Assembly: GCA_946965045.2 (NCBI GenBank)
Contig: OX337232.1
Location: 2,418,001-2,482,000 of the forward strand
Direction of reading: 5' to 3'
DNA: 64,000 bases
Origin: Epithemia pelagica
Taxonomy: Eukaryota > Protista > Bacillariophyta
Shown: in pieces, positions 13,186-24,488 of the stretch
Layout of the letters: every line of letters begins with the position of its first letter
Numbering within the stretch: the stretch's first letter is position 1
Notes under the pieces: generated by a model
The model's input: only the letters and a program-made list of their open reading frames with translations
Databases searched by the model: none
What the model was told of the DNA's origin: nothing
Program-made: the position numbers and the translations under genes

Positions 13186-13633
13186 TCGTAGGAACATGTC
13201 GAAGATACCATTGGTCACTTTGAACACCAATTATGACAAGAGCACGATTGGTATTTTAACACAACAATGTTTGTTCTGGCCTCTATCAAACGATTGGTCA
13301 CTTTGAACACCAATTATGACAAGAGCACGATTGGTATTTTAACACAACAATGTTTGTTCTGGCCTCTATCAAACGAAAAAGGGAATGATAGCGCGTTGAT
13401 CCGTATGTCCGTAGAAGGAGTATTTCGAAGATATCATCGGTCACTTAGAAAACCATCGGTCACTTAGAAAACCATTGATAACAAGAACTATTCGAATGTT
13501 TAACATTAGCGATGTTTGTTCAGGCTTTAATCAAACGAGAAAGGGAATGATAGCATGTCGATCCAGCTGTCCGTAGGAAGGAATATTTCGAAGGTACCAT
13601 TGGTGACTTTGTAAGCCATTGATGACAAGATTG
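13186..13633. repeat. Tandem array of diverged ~150-bp copies of the polyprenol reductase 3' end, with an exact 83-bp and a ~20-bp sub-duplication
   Basis: 13210-13292 is identical to 13293-13375. CATCGGTCACTTAGAAAAC occurs twice near 13435-13473. The units resemble 13500-13630 (GGGAATGATAGC...TCGAAG.TA.CAT.GGT.ACTT). Confidence 0.85.
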
Positions 13634-14532
13634 GTTACCACCCAGAGCAGTAGAACGGCCGAGCGAAAACCATAGGTTTCAAAGTGTGCGTTGTTATGTA
13701 GACAGTGGCAAGACACGAGACCAACGTACATGAGAATTTCGGCAGTATAATGTGGACAACTTACGTATTGAAACCATCCGCCTTGTGGAAGTCCATACTT
13801 GGCACCGGGCTCTGTACGATCGACAGATGGTGCGGTGCTTGTGCAATTAGCAAAACCAAGGTTTCGACTATTGCGGGGACTCCGGAGATTCGCCAAGATA
13901 AGATGATGACGGAATTGCTGAAATTGAGCCCATACACAAAACAACACAAGGGAGAATGTTCGAGAGAAGAGAGCGTCGGTGAAACTATTACCAGCAGACC
14001 AAAACTCGGTCCATTCAGTATTGTTGTGTTTTCCATTACTCAAATTCTCCTTTGGGTACGGAAAAAAGGCAAAGGGAAGCCACAAATAATGCGCAATTCC
14101 CACCAGATAGACGGCGACATGCATGTGACTGCCGGCTCTCCATTGATGAATAAACAAACACTCCAGCAGTCGTCGAAGCAAGTGGCAGACAAGCAACACT
14201 TCGACAATTGTGGTTGAAACTGCTTGAGAATGATGATAGAATCGTTCATATCCACGCCAACTCAACAATGAAACCAGGCCTACTGCGTAAAAATGGGCAA
14301 AGTAGTGCTTGGGAACAACGGCTCGATTCAACGCGGCAGAAAGGGCCGTCTCTGGATTGTTGTGTGTCGCGGCAAGTCCACGCGTTGCCGTCCATCGCCG
14401 CGTTTTTCCATGTTGAATCAAGGACTTGACGATTGGGATAAAAGGGATTATCGCTGCTGCCACAAGAAGTAACAGGTAGATCAAAGACGTGGAACGATCC
14501 AACGAAAAGAAGATGCTGTCCATTCTTCCCAA
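13531..14532 (-). CDS. Polyprenol reductase (SRD5A3/DFG10, steroid 5-alpha-reductase family)
   Basis: VPKHYFAHFY, HLLRRLLECLF, QFRHHLILANLR, PQGGWFQYVSCPHYTAEI, SHQWY...RHAIIPFLV; multiple TM segments. Confidence 0.85.
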   Translation of the reverse strand: MGRMDSIFFSLDRSTSLIYLLLLVAAAIIPFIPIVKSLIQHGKTRRWTATRGLAATHNNPETALSAALNRAVVPKHYFAHFYAVGLVSLLSWRGYERFYHHSQAVSTTIVEVLLVCHLLRRLLECLFIHQWRAGSHMHVAVYLVGIAHYLWLPFAFFPYPKENLSNGKHNNTEWTEFWSAGNSFTDALFSRTFSLVLFCVWAQFQQFRHHLILANLRSPRNSRNLGFANCTSTAPSVDRTEPGAKYGLPQGGWFQYVSCPHYTAEILMYVGLVSCHCLHNNAHFETYGFRSAVLLLWVVTNLVINGLQSHQWYLRNIPSYGQLDRHAIIPFLV

Positions 14533-15065
14533 AAGTGGAAGTGGGGGGCAATCTCAAGCAATGAATGACTGGGTGTCTGCGTGAAACGGACCCGGCGCTG
14601 TGTATTCCGCGCGTGGTCACCAATGTTGACGCGTGCTTCGGTCTCCACCGTTGCTGTTCACGTGCGCCAGACACCACGAGTCATGAACGGAGCGCGCGAT
14701 GACTCCCACGCTCGTGCATAGGGTTTTTGTGGTGTTTCTGATTCTTTCAGGGATGGAACTCGTTCCGTTCGAATTCTTAGCGTTTTATCCGTGGATGGTC
14801 ATGATGTATTTAACAATAAGATGAAATTACAGATCGGGTTTCAAAACAACGACAGAACGGGTGTCACGTTTCCATGTGATGTCAGCGCTTCATAACCCTA
14901 CCAACTAATTTTTTGAAATTCCTTCGAGACTTCCGAGATTTTGGTCCTCCGGCGCACCAGACGCACTGAGAATTTATTCAGACAGACCCGTTTCTGTTTC
15001 CTGTCGCGCCCATCTTGTGGTGCAACAAGACAACTCAAAAAACACGGTGCCTTGGGCCATTCACA

Positions 15066-16613
15066 ATGGCAACGTTTGACCCAGCAATCTTCTACGCACA
15101 GTCATCACCTTCCGCATCCTCCAGTGATAACATTGGGTCATCCATTGTGAGCTTTCTCTCTTCCACAATTTTTGGTTCCTCAGCTGGTGGAAGCATGGCA
15201 TCGATATCACCTGCCGCAATGAATTCGGTTCTGTCCATGGAACGGCGCTCGGCTGGTTCCCTATCTCTGAGTCGCGCTGCTTTGGGATGGACAACCACAG
15301 TTGCAATCAGTCTCATGTTGGTGCAATGGATAGGGAATAAGGATAAAAAGAAAACGACGCCATTGGATTGGATGACAAGGATGCTTTCGACTCTCTGGAG
15401 TGACCATCGAGCAATTGAACCATCTTCCACCTCTACCAAGAGTGGAGCGCCTGATAAGGCCGATGACACGCTCCATGTTCTTCTGAGTCGAGGGTCATGT
15501 CACTGTGGAGCTATCACGTTTAAGGTATGAATCTGTTGGGTTGTTACGTGGTCGTTTCGGACACTGCAGAAAGTGTTTCTTATTTTTTGCCTTTTTCGTT
15601 CGAAACACCAGCTGACACCTGCTCGAGAAGTGCGAGCGGTTCAAAGTCCACTGTCTGGAAAATTACAATATCCAACGGCCCGAGTGCCATCCGATCAGTT
15701 ACACCTTCTTACCGGGAAACAGTTTTGGAATACCTACCATGTCAAGTCGGAAACGGGTGAAACATGGGCCTACAGTTTTTGCAAACTTTGTGCCATTCAT
15801 TTGTTACATGCGACAGATGCGGATCAAAGCAGTCTGTTTGTAAATCTTCAATGTTTTAATATTGTCGATCTCGAAAAGCCACGAACCTCACTGGAAGGCA
15901 GTTTTGTCCCACAGGAACTGGTGACCACAACTCACCACCACACGGATGCGGACTCGGTCGTGACCAAAACTTCAGTCATCTCCACCGTAACTGCCGCCAC
16001 TCAAAAATCATTTCTCACGACGGTAACGTCCCTTCCAGATTATGCCAATCCCCGTACCTTCGGTCAGCTGCATGCGCAATCCAGTTCGGGCGGGGAAGAT
16101 TCGGCCGATGCAGATTCCGCCTCCGCACCACAACGGTCTCTGTCGAGAAAACGAACGTCCCGACTCCCTCCTATTGCCCCCTCCACCACGGAATCCCGGG
16201 GCTGGAAAGAAGACAAAAACTCCATGTCTCTGCCTCACGGAATGGTGGCCTACTCCGCATCCGGACGAACACAAGTTCCTCTCACCCCTTCGTCCAGTGC
16301 TAGTCCTAGCTTTGAACGACCGACCGTCCCAGTCGCCGGCTGGTCCGTCCAGGATGAAACGGAGGAGCTAGGATTGGAAAAAGAGGATGACGACGACGAT
16401 GATAAGGATTCCATTAGCAGTCACTCGGGGGATATGGATTACTTTTCCACCGAAGGCAACACCGCCGCGTCCACCACAGCCACCAGCTCGTCGTCTTCCA
16501 TGGACTTCAACATCACGGCGAACCGCGAGCGAATGCTGCTCAACATGAGAAAACACTTGAAATCCGCCAAACCTTCACGTTCTACAGCTTATACAACGCA
16601 ATCCGTTGATTGA
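15066..16613 (+). CDS. GFA/CENP-V-like Zn-binding protein with N-terminal hydrophobic segment and low-complexity tail; 2 exons
   Basis: GSCHCGAITFK and YSFCKLCAIHL match the GFA pattern. Intron 15525-15611 (GTATGA...CAG, 87 nt) joins the frames. Confidence 0.65.
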
Positions 16614-16986
16614 AGCCATTCACTTTCGATACATGTGGCTCGAACCTACTGTTGCAACGTGTTTATTGTTGTTGTTACGTGGGGAAACCATCTCAGTGAC
16701 ATACATGGACCCTCTTCTCCTCAAGCCCGCCATTTCAAGAGACCTCATACACTCTCCCTCAGCTTCTCATTGCAACGGTTACGACTATAGAGTTGATACT
16801 ACACTAAACGACTAAATCATCCTGCAAGTGTACGCATTAACAGTAGAGTTGGAGCAGGTGACTTTCAAAAAGTCAGTGCTCATTCAAAGCAAAAGAGTAA
16901 AAATTTATTCAAGCATCAACTCCTCGGAACAAGATCAGTTGGTCTTTACACAGGCACTTGCCCTGGATACGAAACGTGAGCTGTGT

Positions 16987-17586
16987 CTACTCTGTCTCAG
17001 CAGCATCAATGGCTCGCTCAAACACCAGTACCACTTCATCAGTTCGGCCAGGAGTATTGGTGGTCAAGGCTTCCACAACCTGTCTCCAATCCTGAGCATT
17101 CATGACATCAAACATGGTACATCCCCACTTGAGGCCACCGGCAAAGGCATTGGCCGTCGCTCCCAAGCCCTCTCCCATGGGCAACCCCAAGGTCCATTGA
17201 GAGGTATACCGGAGAACATCTCCCACGCGTTCGCCACCGGGACCATCTTTGGTACAAAGGGCCAAATTGTTTTTGGGTTCGACGCTCAATTCAAATGGCA
17301 AGGAGTATCTCACCTCAATGAATTCGGAAGGAACCGACAAGACAGGTTTGATTTTCATTATGGCCGAAACACCCGAACCTTTGGGTGGAAGGTCCACCGC
17401 AATTTCAACAACATCTTCATCTTGACTCGTTTGCTCCGATGCCCGGAGCGATGTAGAGGTGGTCGTGACCACGGTGCTTCGAGAAACAGTAGAAACATGT
17501 AAAGGTGGTGATGCGATCAGGGAAAAGCTGTTGGCCGTTCCAATCCAAACCGCCAAAGCCGCCAATAGCGTCATCAACATCTTCAT
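16987..17586 (-). CDS. Plastid-targeted conserved hypothetical protein
   Basis: Signal peptide MKMLMTLLAALAVWIGTANS-F, a Ser/Thr-rich transit-like segment, then a globular domain. Confidence 0.7.
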   Translation of the reverse strand: MKMLMTLLAALAVWIGTANSFSLIASPPLHVSTVSRSTVVTTTSTSLRASEQTSQDEDVVEIAVDLPPKGSGVSAIMKIKPVLSVPSEFIEVRYSLPFELSVEPKNNLALCTKDGPGGERVGDVLRYTSQWTLGLPMGEGLGATANAFAGGLKWGCTMFDVMNAQDWRQVVEALTTNTPGRTDEVVLVFERAIDAAETE

Positions 17587-17946
17587 CGTGGACTTGACAA
17601 AGAGAAAGTATGGCAATCGTAGGTCTTGGTTGCAATGGCAACGCGATGACTACCTTGATTGGGACTGTGAATGTCGCCATCATGAGAGTCTGACATCTTT
17701 GTGCTGACATGGTGCGCTAACCAAAAGCGACTGGTATGCGAGTGAATCTTGCAGAATCCACCTCAAAATACCCCTAACCCTAACCTCCTTTTTTTGAAGT
17801 GACAGATGTTGGTCCCGGTTCTCCCCCCACGACTCAGCTATCGAGGAAGCTTCGTGAAACGAATAGACAATGGACAGCACATTCGGGTCATAAAATCAAA
17901 CAAGAACGCAAACTGAGAACCCAACAAACAACAAACAACAATCATT

Positions 17947-18384
17947 ATGACGACGACAGCTATTCCCTCTTCACCAAATGAAGAAACTTTGTCGACTGCC
18001 TCGGCGCCATATGAAGAAGAGTATGTGATTGAAGCAGACAACACAACCATGACCAATCCGTCGCCCGATGGCGTTTCTGTCAACAACAGCGACAGTGACA
18101 AGGCCAAGCTTCGTGCCATGGGTGGAGCCGCTGTCGTAGGAGGTGTGGCAGGCCTCATAATGGTGGGTCCACTAGTGGGATTGGCCGCGGCTGGAGGTGC
18201 AGCAGCCTTGGCCACCACCAAGGGGAAAGCGGGCGATGTCACACGAGCGACAGGAGAAGCTGTGGCCAGTGCGGGAAGTCGGTTAAAGAAAATGGATCAA
18301 AAACATCACATTACGGACAAGGTAGCCAAGAGCGTCGTAAAATCTGCCAACTGGGTCTCGAAACAAGTCAAACCGAAATCATAG
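17947..18384 (+). CDS. Small hypothetical protein with a Gly/Ala-rich hydrophobic hairpin
   Basis: 145-aa ORF; GGAAVVGGVAGLIMVGPLVGLAAAGGAAALA glycine-zipper-like segment followed by an amphipathic helix. Confidence 0.65.
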   Translation: MTTTAIPSSPNEETLSTASAPYEEEYVIEADNTTMTNPSPDGVSVNNSDSDKAKLRAMGGAAVVGGVAGLIMVGPLVGLAAAGGAAALATTKGKAGDVTRATGEAVASAGSRLKKMDQKHHITDKVAKSVVKSANWVSKQVKPKS

Positions 18385-18737
18385 TATGGACACCAAGAGC
18401 AATAGCTAAAACTCGAGAAAGTAACATCCGGACTACTGGGCGTGACTGAAACATCTCTTCGAGCTTGTCTATTGTACATATGTTCTGATCTTTATAAATC
18501 TACTCAAAAACAACCACCTATACTGAATCATTTCGTTGGACGTTTAACAGAGGTAATAATGTGAGACGAACTACTTTCATAGTTTGATATGGAGTTGTAG
18601 CAGAGGCGTACTTAGGGGGTTTCCTCCATAGTGTACGCGTTAACTGAATGATACTCTCCTAATTTATTGCGATTCAAGCATTTTTTCTTCAAAAAGCGAT
18701 GTTTATAAACGACAAGATCTATTGCAATGGTTGCCGA

Positions 18738-21700
18738 TCAGCATTTTGTTTTAGAGGCGAAACGTAGCGGCAGCCAGCTTTGACATGCATTTTTTTCAGG
18801 GTTCATGCGATTAACGGCATTTGGTCCACTTTGGAAATCAACGGACTTGGAATTTCTGTCAATCGAACGAATCCAGGGAGCCTCGTACTCCCTGTGCTTA
18901 CCTTCTTGGTCAATCACAACAACGGTATTTGTTCCTACAAAGCCACCTTTAGCAGGAAGACTTCGTACAATGGGTTTGGGAGCCTTTCCTTCCGAATATT
19001 CATGTGACATGACAAGGGTCTGACCACTGAACTCGATTTGCGTCCACGATCGATGCGGACAGAACATCTGGAACGCAACTGGCTCCAAACCCTTCGGGGC
19101 CCACCAGGGCGCCTTGAGAATGTCTCCGGATTGGATCTGAGTACCTGGCATTGCTGGTGCACACATCATATCCAATGAAGACGAGTCCCCTACTCGCTCG
19201 TAGACATTCGCAACAACTGCTGCAAGAATGGCCACAAAAATAATCCATACTGCAAAGCTGGTCCGTGCTCTGCGTCTTCGCACCTTCTCCTGGTTTTGGA
19301 GATGAAAAGTCTCTTGAAGTTGAAGCAGTGACCTCTCGTGCTGGAAAACGAGAAGCTCCTTCAGCTCAGAATAGATACTGTCTTTGTCATCTCTCACACA
19401 CTGTCGGTCAATGTCAAGCTTTCCAAACGATGCGCATTGGCTGTCCAGTGGAGTCGTTAGGCTTTGCGTGTCCTCCTCTATTCTCCGGATCTCGATTTCT
19501 CTTGTTCCTGGGTCGAGATTTCCTCCACTATGGCTCGGTAGGAGGAAGTGCAAGATTTTGTCGGCTTCTTCCGACTTTTGCGCCATGAGACTTCGCAAAT
19601 CATCTTTGACGCTTCCCAAATCTTGAACCAAGCGGGATCTTTCCAGTTGAAGTCCTCTTCTACGTTCGTCATGCTGGGAAGTAAGCATTCGTAGTCTATC
19701 AGTAATGGTTGCTTTTTCCTTCCGTCTTTCTTCGAGTTCTGAACGCGCGTTGTTGACATGGGAGACATTCTCGTTCGGGTCCTGGCTCGATATCATTTGC
19801 TCTAGCTCATCAACAACATCTCCAAGGCGGCTCTCTTCTTTCTCGTGATGCACAACTGCCTCTCTCAAGATGGATAGAAGGTCTTCCTTCTCGTCAAGTA
19901 ATCTCAAACGTTCAACGAGGACGGCGGTTTTATCTTCCTTTTGTGGTTCTTGAAGGCGCTCGATCTCCTTTCGCATGGCATCCTTTTCTTTTTGGACGGA
20001 ATCCAATTTGATGCGCAGACTGTCGAGTTCAAGTTTGGTTTTGCCTTGAAGCTCCACGGATCGAAGAGCCTCATCACGCTCATCTATCAAGGATGATATT
20101 TTGCTTCTCGCTCTGGTAAACTCTTCAGTCATTTCTTCCAGTTCGTGTTCAAGGTCGTCAACTTTGTGATTGTGGTTTGTTACAATCCTTGCAATTTCCC
20201 GTTCATGATCCTCCACCAGGACGCTAAGGCGCTTTTGCACTTCTCTGAGTTCTTTGTCGAGACTCTGTGTTGAAACCGATCTTGAATCAGGCAACGTAAC
20301 CACTTCTGCAGCCTTTCGTCCTGAGAGTGAGAGGTTCAAAGTCTGTGGACTAGCGTTATCTTTTGGTTCTGCGGAAGGACGGTTGTCATCAACTTGCTTC
20401 AGAAATCGTTCAACGCGAGGATCAACTTCTCCGCATTCTTCCTTGGGCAATGGCGTCCCATCCGGATAACATTTGATTCCAGCTTTGATCACGTCTGCGG
20501 TTACTTTTTCTCCATCCAAAAGCCATCTATCCCTGTTTGTCTCGACAAGCCGCGCAAAGCTTGGTCCAATGACTGGCCCAAACACCCCTGTCTCGTCCAA
20601 TTTACGTGCCAAGGGAAGCACATAGTGCTCCAAGAAACCAATCTGGTTAGGGAACCAGTTCTGGCTCACGTCCGGCCCGCGACCGGCCACATGAGCTCGA
20701 CGTAGTTCCATGAAAAGCTTATTGCTCCATTTAACCATATGGTCGAACGACTGTAAGTTTTGTGAGATATCGGCGACAGCCATGATGGTCTCCATGACAA
20801 CTGATGCCTTCAGATCATCAGGCATGTCATCATCCAAAGACTGCTGAAGGGATGGCTTATCGTATTGCTGGACCATTTCCCCTGACCAATCCATGGAACG
20901 TCGGATACCAAGTTTCTTGCGCCTGAGGATGTTCTTCTTACGGTCCATACCGCTTGAATGACGACGAATTGTCTCCGGGGAAGCTGACGAAGTTGTGCTT
21001 CCCATGAAACCCCCAGATAAACGACGTTGCGCAACTTTAATGGCCCGATTGTCGTTTGCATCGAACCCGTTGTTCGATACTGAGTTATCGGTGCTAAACG
21101 TTGCACACACTTCTGCTGTGAGTCGTCTCTGTGGTACAGAGGGAGTCTTGTCGGAAACAGGCACGGGTGGCTCTTCCACGTTACCGCTAGCAGTTCCAAC
21201 AGGGGATGGATTTGTCCCTGAAACAGTAGCGGTGTTGTCGGAAGGTGCGATCTGATGGTCCATTGTAGATCGCCGTTGAGGGAAGGCTGGTGTTTTATCA
21301 CCAGCGGCCGGACTCGCATGGATGGTAGGCATTCCTTGATCTGTACTTGATGGGATAGCATCCAATGTGCGAGAGGATGGACGAGGGGAGAAAGAGGGAG
21401 CATCTGCATTCGTGGTCTCTCCATTTGAAGACGGGCGGTTCACGAGTTTTCGGGATTCGAAGTTGTCTATATCAAGCGCAGGCGCCACAGATCCTCGACG
21501 TTGAGGTACCAAGGGAGTCCGGTCTGATCCTGCAGACGCGGTGGAGGGATCCGGCGAATGAGGAACATGTAATGCCCGAGGTTCTTCACATGAGGAAGAT
21601 GCAGACATGGTTGCAGACAAAGATGCAACCTTGGGAGGCGAGGGGACAGATTCCTGCGATAGCTGTCGTTGTGGAGCCGCCGGTGTTTTGTCCGGGGCTG

Positions 21701-24488
21701 CTCGACTGTCCGAAGAGGAGGAAGAGGATTCTTTCGTCACCGAAGGCCGCTTTTCGTTTGTGGGAGTAATTGGAGGTGCGGTGTGGTCCATGCTGGCACC
21801 ATTGGTGGCTGTGGAAAGTCTCCGTTGTGGTACGGCAGGTGTTTTATCCGGCGAGACAATCGGTGTGTTGGGTGTGACTTCGCTCCGGCTTGCTACCGGA
21901 GAGGTCGTGAGAGTAGTCTTGGAGTTCAGCCGAGATCTCGTTCGAGTCGAGCCACTGGAGCTTGCGGCTTTGGCTTTTTCGATGGCATCCTCCTTGTCAA
22001 AGTCGCAATTCAATTTCGAAGCCGACGCGGTTCTCACTGTGACTTGAACTCCCTGTTTCATGGCATCGGCCAAACGAAGCGGAAGCTTGCGTTGGGGAGG
22101 CTGCTTGTGGTCGTCCGTGGGCGTGGTGGGTGCCGGTTCTGCCAGTCCCTTTCGATTCATGCTTCTCTTGAGAGACTTGCTCCCAGCCACGCCAGTGTTT
22201 GCCGTGACATTGGTTTCATCCGAAACATCACTGGATTCGGTAGTATCATCATAGCTCATCTCGGAACTCATTTCGGATTCGGAGGGTGCCAATCGATAAT
22301 CCGCATTGTGCAAGGTGTTGGAGGTGCTCCGCGACAAGGAACTTCGTCGATTGCGCATGGATTTTTTTCGGGATCGAAAGGTGGAAGAAGGCCGATTGGA
22401 ATTGCGGCGACTTCCTGCACTCCCACGTCGCTTTCCATCGGCATCTTGAGAACCTTGATGTTGTTGCTGCTGCTTTTGGGAGGACGCTTCAAAGTTGGCT
22501 GCCTTGAACTTGGACTTGGACAACTCTGCCTTTTCCGGACTGGCAATGTCTGTGTGAAGGACCAAGTCAATGACATATTTCCGGAACGTAAAGTATTCGC
22601 GATTGGTTGGACACATGACCTTTCGAAGGTTGAGATACAAGGGCTTGGTGGTGGCCAATGAGGGAGAACTCGGCACTGTCGGTTCGGCACGATTCGTAGT
22701 CGACCGTTTGGAAATGGGCGTCGTTCCATGAAGCAATTCATCAAAGGCCAAAAAGAGTGACTGGTTTTCGGCAATGGATTGGTCATTGTATCGAATGGCC
22801 AAGGGATGATCAATTTGTTCGGTGGCCAATTGTCGATTGGGCACTCCCCGATGATCGACATCGTGAATCAAGGCAGCCCACACCAGACAGAGCAATCGCA
22901 GGGGATCATGCCGCAATCCAAAAATGGGTGGCATGGACTTTTGTCCAAATTGTTTCCCCAACATGAGATCCAACAACTTGTTGGTGGACACAGTCACATG
23001 ATAGGCATGTTCGGCATTGTGATAGGGAACATAGGGCCGGTACCACTGCAAAATCCTTTGCACATAGGCCTGCAATTCTTCCAGAACGGTCATGGTAATC
23101 GCGCATGGCCAGGTATCGGGATGAACCAGGACGGTCCGACAAATGGTGGTGGTGGACAAATCGGGAAAGGTCCCGGCGGGTGCTGCGACGGGTAACAACC
23201 GCACCAACAACAAGGCAGTGATGCGATCGACCAAATCTTGAAATTCCAAATAGTCGGTCGTATCGTGTTGTTCCAGACTGTTGTTGTTGTTGTTGCTGGT
23301 TTGTTTGGTGGATTGAAACAGCTGGGGTGATGTATCGGTTGAGTTTCCCAATTGACTCCATTCTTGACTGGTCAATTGCAAGGCCAAGCCCATGAGGGAA
23401 TGAGCGACATTGCTGCTTCCCAGTTTCGTTTCGTCAAACCCAATACTGCGACTGCTATTGGACGGACTGAGAATGTTGATGCGTCCCCCTCCTCGACGAC
23501 TGCTGCCACTGCTTTTGGACGAGGCGGTACTGGAGGTGGAGGAGGTGCGAAGAATCGGAGTCGGTGGTTTGCGTCGTGCCGGGTTCTTGGTGTGATGAGG
23601 AGGCGACACGGACGAGGGAGAACCATTGTGCTGCTGCTGGTGGGTACATGGTTTGCGGACACTGGGTCGAGTATGGGGCAGTCCTCCTTCCTCGTCTTCA
23701 TCATGACGGTAGGGAATGAGAGGCATAGTAGTGGTGGTGGTGGAAGAGGAGGAGGAAGATGAGGAAAAGGAGGCTGTTTGGAGCGTGCGACTACTGGACG
23801 CTTCGGGTTGTTGTGTTGTTTGAACCGAATGTTTGCCATTGTGGTGTTTGGGTGTCAACAAGGTAGATTCTTTCGAGTGGTGTGCACTGAGAAGAAGTGG
23901 TGGTGGTGGTGGAGGGGGTGGTGGCGGCGCACCCCGAACTGGATGCGATTCTCGAGAATTCGTCGTGGTCGCAGAGACAGTCGTTGTGGGAGACTGGGCC
24001 GTACTAGACTGGGCGTGTTGTTGCTGCTGCTGCTGCTGTTCTCGTGCTCTCCGTTCATCGTATCTCTGATCCAAATCACTCATGGCTTCATAGCCCATAT
24101 CCACACCCGAAGACAACGCTTCTTCTTCTTCATCATCATCTTTTACGTTCTCATCAGCTTGTTCTTCTCCTTGTTTCATCGTTGTGTCTTCCCTTGAGGA
24201 TGAAATGTCGGGACCGGGATTATGTTTGGAGGTAGGGTGACTGTCCTCCTGCGTTTTATGGTCCACATAGCTTGCCGTTTTTCCTTCTTTCCTGGAATCC
24301 TTCCATTCGGAATCTTCCTCTTTGCTAGTGTTGTTGTTGACTGGGTCGCCTTGGACAGGTGCTTGCAGAACATTCTCTTCCAGTGTGACGGAATCGGACG
24401 GATGTTCGTCCTTCCTTGGTGTTTCTTGGTTTGTGAGGTCCATTCGTGCGGCTTGCAAAAAGGAATTGGTTTCCGAATCTTTTCCCAT
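18738..24488 (-). CDS. Class I cyclic-nucleotide phosphodiesterase (HD domain split by a long insert) with C-terminal coiled coil and TM helix
   Basis: PYHNAEHAYHV, ALIHDVDHRGVPNRQL, YNDQSIAEN, LHTDIA, then much later AVADISQ...NQIGFLEHYVLPLA. Probable start is MGKDS at 24488; the ORF track extends to 24851. Confidence 0.85.
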   Translation of the reverse strand: MGKDSETNSFLQAARMDLTNQETPRKDEHPSDSVTLEENVLQAPVQGDPVNNNTSKEEDSEWKDSRKEGKTASYVDHKTQEDSHPTSKHNPGPDISSSREDTTMKQGEEQADENVKDDDEEEEALSSGVDMGYEAMSDLDQRYDERRAREQQQQQQQHAQSSTAQSPTTTVSATTTNSRESHPVRGAPPPPPPPPPPLLLSAHHSKESTLLTPKHHNGKHSVQTTQQPEASSSRTLQTASFSSSSSSSSTTTTTMPLIPYRHDEDEEGGLPHTRPSVRKPCTHQQQHNGSPSSVSPPHHTKNPARRKPPTPILRTSSTSSTASSKSSGSSRRGGGRINILSPSNSSRSIGFDETKLGSSNVAHSLMGLALQLTSQEWSQLGNSTDTSPQLFQSTKQTSNNNNNSLEQHDTTDYLEFQDLVDRITALLLVRLLPVAAPAGTFPDLSTTTICRTVLVHPDTWPCAITMTVLEELQAYVQRILQWYRPYVPYHNAEHAYHVTVSTNKLLDLMLGKQFGQKSMPPIFGLRHDPLRLLCLVWAALIHDVDHRGVPNRQLATEQIDHPLAIRYNDQSIAENQSLFLAFDELLHGTTPISKRSTTNRAEPTVPSSPSLATTKPLYLNLRKVMCPTNREYFTFRKYVIDLVLHTDIASPEKAELSKSKFKAANFEASSQKQQQQHQGSQDADGKRRGSAGSRRNSNRPSSTFRSRKKSMRNRRSSLSRSTSNTLHNADYRLAPSESEMSSEMSYDDTTESSDVSDETNVTANTGVAGSKSLKRSMNRKGLAEPAPTTPTDDHKQPPQRKLPLRLADAMKQGVQVTVRTASASKLNCDFDKEDAIEKAKAASSSGSTRTRSRLNSKTTLTTSPVASRSEVTPNTPIVSPDKTPAVPQRRLSTATNGASMDHTAPPITPTNEKRPSVTKESSSSSSDSRAAPDKTPAAPQRQLSQESVPSPPKVASLSATMSASSSCEEPRALHVPHSPDPSTASAGSDRTPLVPQRRGSVAPALDIDNFESRKLVNRPSSNGETTNADAPSFSPRPSSRTLDAIPSSTDQGMPTIHASPAAGDKTPAFPQRRSTMDHQIAPSDNTATVSGTNPSPVGTASGNVEEPPVPVSDKTPSVPQRRLTAEVCATFSTDNSVSNNGFDANDNRAIKVAQRRLSGGFMGSTTSSASPETIRRHSSGMDRKKNILRRKKLGIRRSMDWSGEMVQQYDKPSLQQSLDDDMPDDLKASVVMETIMAVADISQNLQSFDHMVKWSNKLFMELRRAHVAGRGPDVSQNWFPNQIGFLEHYVLPLARKLDETGVFGPVIGPSFARLVETNRDRWLLDGEKVTADVIKAGIKCYPDGTPLPKEECGEVDPRVERFLKQVDDNRPSAEPKDNASPQTLNLSLSGRKAAEVVTLPDSRSVSTQSLDKELREVQKRLSVLVEDHEREIARIVTNHNHKVDDLEHELEEMTEEFTRARSKISSLIDERDEALRSVELQGKTKLELDSLRIKLDSVQKEKDAMRKEIERLQEPQKEDKTAVLVERLRLLDEKEDLLSILREAVVHHEKEESRLGDVVDELEQMISSQDPNENVSHVNNARSELEERRKEKATITDRLRMLTSQHDERRRGLQLERSRLVQDLGSVKDDLRSLMAQKSEEADKILHFLLPSHSGGNLDPGTREIEIRRIEEDTQSLTTPLDSQCASFGKLDIDRQCVRDDKDSIYSELKELLVFQHERSLLQLQETFHLQNQEKVRRRRARTSFAVWIIFVAILAAVVANVYERVGDSSSLDMMCAPAMPGTQIQSGDILKAPWWAPKGLEPVAFQMFCPHRSWTQIEFSGQTLVMSHEYSEGKAPKPIVRSLPAKGGFVGTNTVVVIDQEGKHREYEAPWIRSIDRNSKSVDFQSGPNAVNRMNPEKNACQSWLPLRFASKTKC

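Noticed and set aside
13210-13375. 83-bp direct repeat as a CRISPR-like array
   Set aside because: No unique spacers, no cas genes, eukaryotic context; it derives from the neighbouring gene's 3' region.
17772-17785. CCCTAACCCTAACC telomere-like motif (also GGGGTTAGGGTTAGG near 63790-63805)
   Set aside because: Only about two units each, which can arise by chance or be a telobox-like promoter motif; no evidence of a telomere or telomere-targeted insertion.
21669-22661. 330-aa + strand ORF within the PDE insert
   Set aside because: Antisense shadow of a low-complexity coding region.
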